Source: an uncultured delta proteobacterium
GTDB lineage: Bacteria > Desulfobacterota > Zymogenia > Zymogenales > Zymogenaceae
Reading direction: 5' to 3'
Assembly: GCA_963735595.1 (NCBI GenBank)
Contig: CAVTLK010000001.1
Span: 768,001 to 832,000 of the forward strand
DNA length: 64,000 nt
Translations under genes and position numbers: made by a program
Shown: positions 41,019 to 51,300 of the stretch, one piece after another
Layout: each line of letters starts with the position of its first letter
Numbering within the stretch: the first letter of the stretch is position 1
The notes under the pieces: generated by a model
What the model was told of the DNA's origin: nothing
Seen by the model: only the letters and a program-made list of their open reading frames with translations
The model's database searches: none

Positions 41019-41786
41019 TTATTTCGGGGCCATGCGAACCGCCCCGTCAAGCCTGATCGTCTCGCCGTTGAGGTACGGATTGTTCACGATCTCCCGCACG
41101 AGGCTGGCAAACTCATCGATCTTTCCCGTCCGCCGCGGAAACGGTATCGATTCGGAGAGACGCTTCATGTGCTCCTCGGGAAGCATGTTGGTCAGCGGCG
41201 TCCAGAAGAAACCGGGGGCGATCGCCATCACCCTGATCCCTAATCCCGAGAGGTCGCGCGCCATGGGCAGCGTCATCCCCGCTACCCCGGCCTTGGATGC
41301 GGCGTATGCGGCCTGGCCGATCTGACCCTCGAAGGCGGCCACACTGGCCACGTTGATAATCACGCCCCGCTCGCCTTCCTCGTTTGGCTCGTTGGTGCTC
41401 ATGAGAGAAGCCGCCTTGCTGGCCACGTTGAACGTACCCACGAGGTTGAGCTTTATGAGCCACTCGAAGGACTTGAGGGGGTGTGGTCCCTCCTTGGAAA
41501 TAGTCCGCTGGGCCATCCCGGTGCCCGCGCAGCTCACCAGGCAGTGAATCAAGCCGAACCGCTTGACTACCGACGACAGCGCCCGGCTTGTGTCTTCATC
41601 GTCGGTGATGTCGGTCTTGACAAAAAACGCGCCGGGTCCGAGCTCTTTCTCGAGCTCTGCTCCCCGCTGCTCGTTGATATCCATGATCGCGACGTTCGCC
41701 CCCTCGGAATGTAACATCCGGACGGTGCCCTCTCCCAGCCCGGAGGCCCCTCCCGTCACAACGGCAGTTTTCTTGGCAATCTGCAT
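41019..41786 (-). CDS. SDR, type II 3-hydroxyacyl-CoA dehydrogenase (HSD10-like)
   Basis: TGGASGLG, EGQIGQAAYAASK and NGETIRLDGA. Confidence 0.92.
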   Translation of the reverse strand: MQIAKKTAVVTGGASGLGEGTVRMLHSEGANVAIMDINEQRGAELEKELGPGAFFVKTDITDDEDTSRALSSVVKRFGLIHCLVSCAGTGMAQRTISKEGPHPLKSFEWLIKLNLVGTFNVASKAASLMSTNEPNEEGERGVIINVASVAAFEGQIGQAAYAASKAGVAGMTLPMARDLSGLGIRVMAIAPGFFWTPLTNMLPEEHMKRLSESIPFPRRTGKIDEFASLVREIVNNPYLNGETIRLDGAVRMAPK

Positions 41787-42023
41787 TGGTCCCCCCATAG
41801 TTTAATGTATCAGCCGTCTATCCCTCATGCTTTCGAAGCCCGGTTGCGGTTCGTGGCGTAGTGTGATCCAAAGACCCCGGCGCATGATACGCGTACGATA
41901 CCCGCTCCCGGTCTATTTGTCAAAAAAAAGCGAAGGCATGCCGCGTTTTTCACGCGCGGCCCGTGTCCGTTTTCGCCGCATTGGCGCAATAGTCCCGATT
42001 AACGCGCCGCGGCTCAATAACTC

Positions 42024-42052
42024 TTGACTTGAGCCCCCGTATGTCGTAGAAT
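42024..42052 (+). promoter_or_regulatory. Sigma70-like promoter, near-leaderless transcript
   Basis: TTGACT-17 bp-TAGAAT, 9 bp before ATG 42062; no Shine-Dalgarno sequence. Confidence 0.55.
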
Positions 42053-42061
42053 TTTGACATT

Positions 42062-42931
42062 ATGAAAACAATCAGCAAAAAACCATCGGGTAAATTCGTT
42101 CGGGCGGCTCTCACCCTGTGTTTGGGGGCCGTTCTGGCTGCGCTCTTTTTCATGTCCTTGCCGGACGCTGCGCGTGCCTCCGAAGAAGACGCCCTCGTCC
42201 TCCTCAACGAGGGGTCAGCCTTCGTCCAGCAGGGGAAATACGACGAGGCGATAGACGTGCTCACGCGGGCAATCAAGGCGGATTTCCCGCCCGAATATAA
42301 CGTGGAATCGAACTACGGCCTTATCTATACCAACCGGGGACTTGCCTATTTCCGAAAGGGGTTCATCAAGGAGGCGCTCGCCGACTACGACACGGCCGTA
42401 GCGCTTGACCCGAATAATCCCGATACGCTCAACAACCGGGGTGTGTTAAAGCAAAGCAAAGGCGATACCGGGGGGGCGCTGGCCGATTACGGCGCGGCAA
42501 TCGCCACCAATGCCCTGCTGGCCTCGGCCTATATCAATAGGGCATCCCTTCTCATCGAGATGAAACGCCCCTCCGAGGCCCTCAAGGATCTCAATAACTA
42601 CATCTTGCTGGTGGCCGACAACCCCGATGTCTATAACCTGCGGGGAAGAATCTACCTCGACCAGGGCAAGCGCGAGCTTGCCGCCGCGGATTTCAACCGG
42701 GCGTTGTTCCTGGCGCCCGGAAATCGGGACGCCTCCCTCAACCTCGGACGCCTCTTTATCGCCTCCCGGGAATACTCCCGCGCGGAGGAGACGATCTCTC
42801 GTGTCCTTGCCGTAAATCCCGATGACGCCGAGGCCTATCTCCTGAGGTCAAAGGCCCGCGACGGGCTCGGCAATACAGCGGGCGCACAGGCCGACAGGAC
42901 GAAGGCAAAGGAGATCAACCCTAATTTATAG
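42062..42931 (+). CDS. Exported TPR-repeat protein
   Basis: Signal peptide ending ARA; about 6 TPR repeats (NRG..Y, A..DY..A). Confidence 0.88.
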   Translation: MKTISKKPSGKFVRAALTLCLGAVLAALFFMSLPDAARASEEDALVLLNEGSAFVQQGKYDEAIDVLTRAIKADFPPEYNVESNYGLIYTNRGLAYFRKGFIKEALADYDTAVALDPNNPDTLNNRGVLKQSKGDTGGALADYGAAIATNALLASAYINRASLLIEMKRPSEALKDLNNYILLVADNPDVYNLRGRIYLDQGKRELAAADFNRALFLAPGNRDASLNLGRLFIASREYSRAEETISRVLAVNPDDAEAYLLRSKARDGLGNTAGAQADRTKAKEINPNL

Positions 42932-43033
42932 CGTGCCGGCCCAATGAGGGCGGCCCGATAGATTCACGGAACTCGTGAACTCGTGATAGAGCGGTCATAT
43001 CACAGAGCGTAAAAACCAAATGAGGAGGTATAT

Positions 43034-43270
43034 ATGACGGCACAACAATCCGGAGGACAGTCTGGCGGCTCGTCTGGCGGCGGCTTTAAAGGATCGAGCG
43101 GCGGCAGCGGCGGCGGTGTCAGCCGGTTCTTCAACCGTCCGACGACCTCTACTGGCGGCGAAAAAAAGGGCGGCTGCTGCAGCAGCATTACGGGCATCAT
43201 CATCACGGTGATCATCGCGGGCATCATCGTCCTTTACTTCCTGTTCAGGGGCTGTACCAGCATGTTTTAG
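43034..43270 (+). CDS. Small Gly/Ser-rich single-TM protein
   Basis: Strong RBS GAGGAGG; 78 aa; C-terminal TM helix; followed by a terminator. Confidence 0.75.
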   Translation: MTAQQSGGQSGGSSGGGFKGSSGGSGGGVSRFFNRPTTSTGGEKKGGCCSSITGIIITVIIAGIIVLYFLFRGCTSMF

Positions 43271-43302
43271 CCCGTCGCCCGCCCACCATGTTTTGTTACA
43301 AT

Positions 43303-43340
43303 AGAAAAGGGCTTACAGCGGATGTAAGTCCTTTTCTTTC
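43303..43340 (+). terminator. Intrinsic terminator
   Basis: AGAAAAGGGCTTACA-GCGGA-TGTAAGTCCTTTTCTTT. Confidence 0.75.
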
Positions 43341-43479
43341 CGGGCCCGTGCGGGCCCTGTCGGTAGTATATCCGCGCCGAAACGGCGCCCCGTTTCGCGG
43401 GATCGGCCGTCCCTCCGCATCCGTGGGGTGGGGCGATCTCAGTCGGTTAACGCCCATAATTCAATAACAGTGATACGCT

Positions 43480-44944
43480 ATGGTTAGTATCCCCCGGTGC
43501 ATGAGCACCCAGCATCCCGATAACGTCACGACCCCTTTCTTTGCAGAGAGCGCCGAGCTCGGGGGGAAGACGAGGTCCAGGAGGCCTATTACGCCTACTC
43601 GCACCTTATCTGCGATGAGCAGATGTGGGACTGCGAGGGAAAGGAGGTCGATAACTACGTCGTCAAGAAGCTCCTGACGAAGTATGACTCGTTCTTCAAG
43701 GAGCACCGGCTCGGCAAGGACCTCTTCCTGACGCTCAGGGTCCCCAACCCGACGGTCGAAAAGGCGGAAGCCAAGGTCCTCCTCGAAACGCTGGAGAGTA
43801 TACCCCGCTCGTATGACGCGGCCCATCTCTTCTACAATCAGGACATCGCCCCAATCTTCGAGGTTATCCTCCCGATGACGGCGTCCGCCCGGTCTATCGA
43901 TCGTATCCATCGCTACTACACCGAATTTATCATCAAGCGGCAGGACCTGCCATTTCGTGAGGGAGACATACGCATCAGGGACTGGATAGGGTCCTTCAAA
44001 CCCGAAGAGATAAACGTCATCCCGCTGTTCGAGGAGCGGGACAAGATGCTCGATCGCGCACCGCATGGTCAGGGAGTATCTCTCCGACAAGCCGGGCATT
44101 ACCGACCAGCGGGTCTTCCTTGCCCGGTCGGACCCGGCGATGAACTACGGGCTGGTGGCGGCGGTGCTCTTAAACAAGATCGCGCTGATGCGTCTCTCGG
44201 ACCTCTCCAAAGTTACCGGCGTGGCCCTCTACCCGATCATCGGCGTGGGGTCGGCGCCGTTTCGGGGAAACCTCGCCCCCCATACCGTGAAGCGGGTGAT
44301 CGAGGAATATCCGAGCGCCCATACCTTCACCATACAGTCGTCGTTCAAATACGACCATCCGCCCCAGGCCGTGGTCGAGGCGGTCAGGACGCTCAGGGAA
44401 AGAAAGACGGGAAGCCCCATGCCCGTGGACGATAGACGGTGCCTCTCGGTCATAGACCGGTACTCCGCCCGCTTCTACGAACAGATCTCTCGCCTTGCCC
44501 CGATCATCAACGAGGCGGCCGCCCATGTCCCCGAGCGCAGGAAGCGGAAAGCTCCACATAGGGCTCTTCGGCTACTCCCGGGAAACGGCGGGCATCAAGC
44601 TGCCCCGGGCGATCAGGTTCACCGCAGCCCTCTATTCGGTCGGCATCCCGCCGGAACTCCTGGCGCTGTCCGCCCTCACGAAGGAGGATATGGCGCTGCT
44701 CAGGGAGTTCTATATTCACCTGGACGACGACATATGGGACGCGCTCAGGTACTTCAACCCGGAGAGCCCCTTTGTGCCGGAGGGCGTCTCGGCGTTCCTG
44801 GGGCCGTACGCCGGCGACGTTTCTCCCAACCCGGAACACAAGGAGCTGACCGACCGCATCGCGGGTCACCTCAAGGCCGGCAAGACCGGCAACATCGCCG
44901 AGCACGTGCTGGCGGCGGCAAACGTGCGGGGGTTTTTGGGGTAG
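43480..44944 (+). CDS. ppcA: Archaeal-type phosphoenolpyruvate carboxylase (frameshifts ~43565, ~44058, ~44550)
   Basis: IPRCMSTQHPDN, MWDCEGK, RVFLARSDPAMNYG, GSAPFRG, TIQSSF, LPRAI.F and RGFLG* over four segments. Confidence 0.92.
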
Positions 44945-44970
44945 TTTCTTATTAACGGGAATCCCGTAGT

Positions 44971-44999
44971 CTTCTTTGTGCCTTAGTGTCTTTGTGGTT
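44971..44999. repeat. Single arm of the family-A repeat
   Basis: CTTCTTTGTGCCTTAGTGTCTTTGTGGTT. Confidence 0.8.
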
Positions 45000-45036
45000 T
45001 TCTCTTCCCCTGGTTCTTGAATCGATAGGAGTCTTT

Positions 45037-45723
45037 ATGTCCAAGACTATCGGAATGATCGGCGGGCTTTCGCCGGAATCGACCGTCACCTATTATGAGC
45101 ATATAACCCGCGGCTGTTACCGGCGGACGGGCGACTACCCCAACATCGTCATCCGGTCGGTCGACCTGACCGCCTATACCGCATGGTTTTCCGCCGGTCA
45201 GTGGGACCGGGCCGGCAACGACATGGCGGCGATCTTCGAACAGATGCGGACTATCGGCGTCGACTTCGGCCTGATCTGCGCCAATACGCCCCACCGGGCG
45301 CTCCCGTTCGTCGACGCGGGAACGAGGCTCCCGATCCTCTCGATCATCGAGGCAACGGCGGACGCGATTACAATGGTCGGGATGAAGACGGTCGCGCTCC
45401 TGGGGACGAAATTCACCATGAAGGAGGATTTCTACAAGGAGGGCCTCTCGGAACGGGGGATTACCGCCGCCGTGCCGAACGCCAATGAGATGGAAGCCGT
45501 AAACCGGGTCATCTACGAAGAGCTGGTAAAGGGGATTATAAAAGACGAGAGCCGCAGGTTGGTAAAGGCGGTCATAGAGCGGCTCGTCGACGAGGGCGCG
45601 CAGGGCGTTATCCTCGGCTGCACGGAGCTGCCACTGTTGATCGGGCAAAAGGACCTGACCGTCCCGGTGTTCGACACGACGCGGATTCACGCGGAGGCGG
45701 CGCTGAACAAAGCGCTGGAATAG
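45037..45723 (+). CDS. Aspartate/glutamate racemase family
   Basis: GGLSPEST, CANTPH and GCTEL catalytic Cys pair. Confidence 0.92.
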   Translation: MSKTIGMIGGLSPESTVTYYEHITRGCYRRTGDYPNIVIRSVDLTAYTAWFSAGQWDRAGNDMAAIFEQMRTIGVDFGLICANTPHRALPFVDAGTRLPILSIIEATADAITMVGMKTVALLGTKFTMKEDFYKEGLSERGITAAVPNANEMEAVNRVIYEELVKGIIKDESRRLVKAVIERLVDEGAQGVILGCTELPLLIGQKDLTVPVFDTTRIHAEAALNKALE

Positions 45724-45728
45724 CGGAT

Positions 45729-45826
45729 ACGAATTAAGGGGACACCATACGTAATTAATGGAATGTCGGTTTTAACGTGAATCGTTAATTACGTATGGTG
45801 TTCCCTTAATTCGTCCCATAATTCGT
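45729..45826. repeat. Family-B REP-like palindrome (30-bp arms)
   Basis: ACGAATTAAGGGGACACCATACGTAATTAA ... TTAATTACGTATGGTGTTCCCTTAATTCGT, one mismatch; partial end repeat CCCATAATTCGT. Confidence 0.9.
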
Positions 45827-45834
45827 AACAAGAC

Positions 45835-46998
45835 CTACTTTTTGATCGGGTACCCCCCCTCTTCCCACACCGTCTCCAACATAACCTTTATCTTCGATAC
45901 GTCCATATCCGGGTGGTCGTGGACGGGGCCGATGATGAACCGCCCGCCCGGCCCGCAGAGCTTGATGAGCCGTCGCGTCTCGGCCCGGACCTCGTCCGGC
46001 GTGGAGCGTGTCGTCAGGATATAGTCGATACCCACGCCGCCCACGATGGTGAACCGGTCGCCGTGGACCCGCTTTTCGTGGGCGATATCCACCGTGCTCG
46101 TGTTCTCGTAGGCGTGGCCGCCGTCAAACCCCCACTTGATGAAGAGGTCAAAGATCTTCGTGTTGTCCCCGCAGGAGTGGATCAGGATTTTGCCTCCCCG
46201 GTCGTGCACCGCCTTGCACAGCCGGGTATAAATCGGGCCGAAAAGCTCGTCAATGGCCTCGGGGCTGATCATGGGGCCGGTCTTGTAGGAAAAATCGTCC
46301 CCCTTCAGGATCACCTTGATGCCCGCGTCCATGGCTGCCATCTGCGTCTTCATGACGTATTCGTCGTTATAGGCGATGAGCTTCTTGAGGTAGTCCGACC
46401 TCCGTTTCAGGTTCACCGAAAAGGCGGGAAACCCCATCATCTGGATGAGGATCTCGAAGGCCCCGCTTGCCACGTCGCCCATGAGGCATATCTTGTCGCC
46501 GTACCGCTTCTGCGCGTCCTTGTAGAAAGTGTAGGCCATGTGGGCAAGCTCGTCGATGTCCTGGTGGTAGGGCCAGGCGTCGTAGGCCTCCGGGGTGGGG
46601 ATCGCCGGCCCCCGAAACATGAAGTACATATTCCCGTAGCCGTCGTCTATCCAGTCCATGTAGCAGCCGAGGGTCTTGGCCAGGGTCTTGCTGTCCCAGA
46701 CCATGATCGTGGCCTCGTAGCTGACCCAGTCGGCGTCAAAGCCGAGCGCGACGGCCGCCTCGATCCGCTTCTTCAGGCCCCCGGCGATGAAGGGGTCGGC
46801 CAGGATCTTTTTCAACTTTTTGCCCCACCGGTCGGTGATGAAACGGGAGACGGGGTTCATGAAGATCGTTTTTGCCGGGATGAGCGGTTTCCCAAGCACC
46901 TGCTGGACGGGCCAGTCGTCGAGGCTCGCGCTAAAGGTCGGGATCCGGTCGACCGGTTTTCCTTCGATCTGTCTGAAGACGCGTTCGGTAGGGTCCAT
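45835..46998 (-). CDS. Uroporphyrinogen decarboxylase (URO-D/MtaA)-family protein, copy 1
   Basis: GDDFSYKTGPMISP, HSCG and GGRFIIGPVH. Confidence 0.85.
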   Translation of the reverse strand: MDPTERVFRQIEGKPVDRIPTFSASLDDWPVQQVLGKPLIPAKTIFMNPVSRFITDRWGKKLKKILADPFIAGGLKKRIEAAVALGFDADWVSYEATIMVWDSKTLAKTLGCYMDWIDDGYGNMYFMFRGPAIPTPEAYDAWPYHQDIDELAHMAYTFYKDAQKRYGDKICLMGDVASGAFEILIQMMGFPAFSVNLKRRSDYLKKLIAYNDEYVMKTQMAAMDAGIKVILKGDDFSYKTGPMISPEAIDELFGPIYTRLCKAVHDRGGKILIHSCGDNTKIFDLFIKWGFDGGHAYENTSTVDIAHEKRVHGDRFTIVGGVGIDYILTTRSTPDEVRAETRRLIKLCGPGGRFIIGPVHDHPDMDVSKIKVMLETVWEEGGYPIKK

Positions 46999-47083
46999 GG
47001 GTAATCCTTTAGTGTTGGAAGAGTTAGGAAATTAAGGGGATTGCTTCGCGGCTCCCCACAATGACGTACGTGAGGGCGTATCC

Positions 47084-48247
47084 TTACCCCCGGATCGGAT
47101 ACTTACCGTGCTCCCACACCGTCTCTAACATGACCTTCACCTTTTCCATGTCCATATCCGGGTGGTCGTGGACGGGGCCGATCAAAAACCGCCCGCCCGG
47201 CCCGCAGGCCTTGATCAGCTTCTTTGTCTCGTCGGCCACTTCCTCGGGCGTGGAACGCCTAGTGAGGAGGTAGTCCACCCCCACCCCGCCGACGATGGTG
47301 AAGCGGTCGCCGTGGACCTTCTTTCTCGTGGTAGATGTCCACGTTGGAAGTATTCTCGTAGGCGTGCCCGCCGTCAAAGCCCCACTCGATGAAACTATCG
47401 AACATCTTCGTGTTATCGCCGCAGGAGTGAAGCAGTATCCGCCCCCCCGGTCGTGCACGGCCTTCGTGATGCGCCGGTACGACGGCCCGAAGAGCTCGTC
47501 GGCAACCTTCGGGTTCATCATCGGCCCGGTCTTGAAGGCCATGTCGTCGCCGTCAAATATCACCCGCACCCCCGCGTCCATCATGGCCATGTTGGTCTTC
47601 ATGACGAGGGCTTCGAGGTAGGCGGTGAACCGCCTGATCATCTCGGGCTCCCGCCTGATGAAGACCGGCATCCGCTCGAACCCGAACGACCAGAGCATTG
47701 TCTCGTGGATGCCGAAGGCCGCCTGCCCCAGGATGCAGATTTTATCTCCGTATTTCCTGACGATCTTCGTGAAGAACTTGTAGGTAGCTTGCGCCAGGTC
47801 GTCAAGATCGGGGAAATGGGGCCATGCCTCGTAATCCGCTTTTGTCTTGAATGCCGGCCCCCGGTACATGTACCAGGAGTTGCCGTGGCCGTCGTCTACG
47901 ATGTCGTAGAACGACCCGGTCACCCGCGCCATCGTTTTGCCGTCCCAGAGCATGAGCATCCGCTCGAAAAGCCCCACCACCGAATCGAACTTGAGCGAAA
48001 CCGCCGCCTCGACGTTCTGGCCCATCATAACGTCGAGCAGGGGATAAAGCATCATCCCGGAAAGCCGCTTCCCCCACCGGTCGAGGATAAAACCGGTGAC
48101 CGGGTTCATCATGAAAATGGATTTCCCGATCATCGATTTGCCGATGACCTGCTGCACCGGGCCGTAATCGAGGTAGTACGAAAAGGTCGCGACCCGGTCG
48201 GTCTCTTTGCCGTCAATGGCGGCGATCACGCGCTCGGTAGGGTCCAT
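47084..48247 (-). CDS. URO-D/MtaA-family protein, copy 2 (compensating frameshifts ~47445 and ~47323)
   Basis: Paralog of copy 1; the shifted frame restores LHSCGDNTKMFDSFIEWGFDGGHAYE. Confidence 0.85.
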   Translation of the reverse strand: MDPTERVIAAIDGKETDRVATFSYYLDYGPVQQVIGKSMIGKSIFMMNPVTGFILDRWGKRLSGMMLYPLLDVMMGQNVEAAVSLKFDSVVGLFERMLMLWDGKTMARVTGSFYDIVDDGHGNSWYMYRGPAFKTKADYEAWPHFPDLDDLAQATYKFFTKIVRKYGDKICILGQAAFGIHETMLWSFGFERMPVFIRREPEMIRRFTAYLEALVMKTNMAMMDAGVRVIFDGDDMAFKTGPMMNPKVADELFGPSYRRITKAVHDRGGGYCFTPAAITRRCSIVSSSGALTAGTPTRILPTWTSTTRKKVHGDRFTIVGGVGVDYLLTRRSTPEEVADETKKLIKACGPGGRFLIGPVHDHPDMDMEKVKVMLETVWEHGKYPIRG

Positions 48248-48286
48248 CGTGCTGCTCCTTGAATGAGAGTAATCGATAATACGGCA

Positions 48287-48370
48287 GAATTAAGGTGACA
48301 CCATGCTTAATTAGTAATTCGTTAATTCAAAAATCGAAGGCAATAATTAAGTATGGTGTTACCGTAATCC
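48287..48370. repeat. Family-B REP-like palindrome, second copy
   Basis: GAATTAAGGTGACACCATGCTTAATTA ... TAATTAAGTATGGTGTTACCGTAATCC. Confidence 0.85.
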
Positions 48371-48384
48371 CCGGCGGGACGACC

Positions 48385-51300
48385 TCACGTCCCCAGCAGC
48401 CCCTCCCGCACGTCTTCTACGCTCCGGGATGCCTCGTACCACTTCTCAAAGTGCCGGTCCATGATAAAGAGGTAGAAAAGCGAATCGGGGCGGATGATCT
48501 CGTAGACCTCCGTAACCTCGCGCTTCTGGGTACCGGCATAGTCGATAATACCGGCATACCGGAACATCTCAACGTGCCTGGCCTCCCCGTGCTGCTCCAC
48601 CCCGAATATCAGATAGATCTCCGTTCCGTCGTAAGCGAAGATTTTATCGAAGTCCGCCTTGAGTTCCCCGCGCTGAACGCGCCTGTCGAAGAAGTAGAAC
48701 CGATCCCGGCAGCCCCTGATATACTCCCGGAGCGCTTCTTCGGACAGGGCCTCACCGAGGTTGTAGATATCCGTGTTCTCGGAGATAAAGCCCTCTTCCA
48801 GGAGGTTTTCATCTACGCCGAAGATACCGTCAAAGGGCTCCGGACCCGACCCGTTGCCGCCGCTCTCCCGGAGATCCGCCCCTTCGGACGGGACGGCCCC
48901 GACCGCAGGCCTCACAAAGCGGTCGGCTTCTTCATCCAGCGGCTTAATTATGGACAGCGTATTGCCGATGATCACGTCAAACGGGTAGATCAGATTCGGG
49001 TTGTGCGCCTCCATCCGTTTCTTTTCAAGGAAGCGCTCGATCCGTTTCTTCACGCTCCTGTTTCGCTGCGCACCCCGGGAGGCTTCGTTGATCTTATCGG
49101 CGATGCTCACCTTGATATCACCCCAGAGGTCGTCGTAGAGCGTGATGATCTCCGATACTCCGCCGAACGAGATGTAGAGGCCCGTATTCACGCCGAGATC
49201 GGATATCTCCCCGATCCGCTCGTAATAGGTCTGGTTTATCTCACGCTCCTTTGCCCGTACATCGGCAAGCATCCCTTTCAGACGGTCGATCTGATTGAGC
49301 TCGTCCTGGCAGACCTCCGTGTAAAACTCCTTCGAGCGCTTAACGAGGTCCTGCTTTTCTACCTCATTTACCAGCTCGTCCCGGGAGGCCTTGATCAGTG
49401 CGAGCTGTTCCCTGAGCTCAGTTTCATGGGCGAGGCGGTTGTCCCGTTCGGGAGTATTCGCCGCGTCCCTGATCTGCTGGGACACGAGGCCGATCGCATC
49501 AATGTGGTCCTGGATCGTCTCATCAAAGAGCTTCATCTGCGCTTCCAGCATCGCCTGGGGAGACATCGAGCGCTTGGATTCGACAATACGGTCCAGCGCC
49601 TTGATCGTTCCGACGAGCTGCTTTTTCTGCTTGGTGATAGTTACCAGGTCGCTCTTATATTCATCCAACTGGCGCTGGCGCATGAGCTTTTCGTCGAAAT
49701 CGGGATTGTTTCTCAACAGCTCCCGCTTGTATTCGGCGGTGATAATCTGGATCTCTTTTGCCAGTTCCACGAGGGCAACGACGTTCCCCGAGAATGTAAT
49801 CGCGTCCCCCAGAAGGTTATTGAGTTCAATGCCGAGGGAGCGCTCCCTGCCGATCTTGAGGTGGTATCGTTTGGCGGCGGCCAGGATAGGCACGTAAAAC
49901 TCGTTCTTGAGAAAGTCGGCCATAACGTGGCTTCCCGACCGTTTTGTGCGTTTGGTAAATCCCTTCAAATCGACGAAGAGGTGCCCCTCCTTCATCTCCT
50001 CGGTCTTAATCAGGAACACCTTGTGATCGCCGCCAAAACGATAGAGCCTGCCCGCATCATATTCCCGGATCAGCTCTTTCAGGGGAATCTGCCGCTTCCG
50101 GTTCTCCAGGAGCCGTTTAGACGCGGCGAAATAGGAATCGTAGCCGAACTCCATGCGATAGACAATGTAGCGCTTGACGATCTCGGAGATCTGGAAGGTG
50201 AGCGTCTCTTTGCCGACGGAAAAGATCCGTATGAGCCCCCACCGGCGGTGGGTCTTGAAATTGGTCGTGATCTTCTTGATCTTATTAACCCGCCCCTCGT
50301 CCCGCCGATACCGGTCGACCTGTTCCGCAAGGCCCGTTTCGACTCGCGAGGCGAGTTTCGAATCCTCCCAGAGCGCCCTCAGGAGCTTATCGTCCTGGGC
50401 GATCTCCGAAAAGAGGATATGGATGCCTTCCTTCTGGTTGTCAAAGCTGATGAGGTAGTCAAGGATATCGTCCCGAAACGACCCGATGCTATGGAACTCG
50501 ATGATCTGTTCGGTCAGCGTCTTATCCCGCATAATCTGGTCGACCATGCCCTTGGTTACGTCGACGATGCTGTGGGCCTTGCGGGCGGCCTGGTTATACA
50601 CGTCTTCGAGGCTCGAGGCTATCTTCGGCGTGAGGTTATAGGGGTTGAGGTCATTGCCGAGGATGGCGCTCTTGATGTTGAGGACGAAAAAGGGGGTTGC
50701 CGTTGAAAGGAGGAGATATTCCATCTCCTTGAAATCATGGGAAAGCCGTTTGCCCTTGAAGGACGAAAACACCTCCGTGACGACCGCGCGTATGACGTTG
50801 GAATAAAGGATACTGATGGATCTGTCCAGTTTCTCGTACGATAGTCCCCGGATCTTGACCCCCTTGATGATTTCCTTCTTATCGTTGAGGATGGAAGCAA
50901 CGGCCAGGTGGACCAACAGCGAAGTACGTTCCGACGCACCGAGGCGCATTTCTTCCTCGATGGCCTTTTTGTAGATACGTAAGAGCTCCGATATGAATTG
51001 GCGGCCGTGGAGCGAGGGGGAAAACCAACTGGCGATGAGCCCCGCGTCGATCAGGGGATCGGAATAGACCGTGGAGACGGCAATCTCGGTTTCAAGGCGG
51101 TTCTTAAACACGCCGGCGACCCGGTACCCCTTTTGCAGAAGCTTGACCCGCTCATCCGACACCGAGACGACAATCGATCCGCGTTCGTCGTAGACCATTG
51201 ACGGCTCGAAGCGGCCCTTCATGAGCGAGGCCAGCTCCCGGGTTGCCTCCTCGAAGATCTCTTCGGCTCCACCGCCGAAGATAAAGGGAATTCGTATGTC

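Noticed and set aside
47320..47450. A novel divergent segment in URO-D copy 2
   Set aside because: The alternative frame matches the paralog closely; explained by two compensating indels.
48295..50706. 803-aa plus-strand ORF and other long antisense ORFs (e.g. 56784-58391, 31566-33050, 763-2070)
   Set aside because: Shadow frames opposite well-supported genes in GC-rich DNA, with no recognisable motifs.
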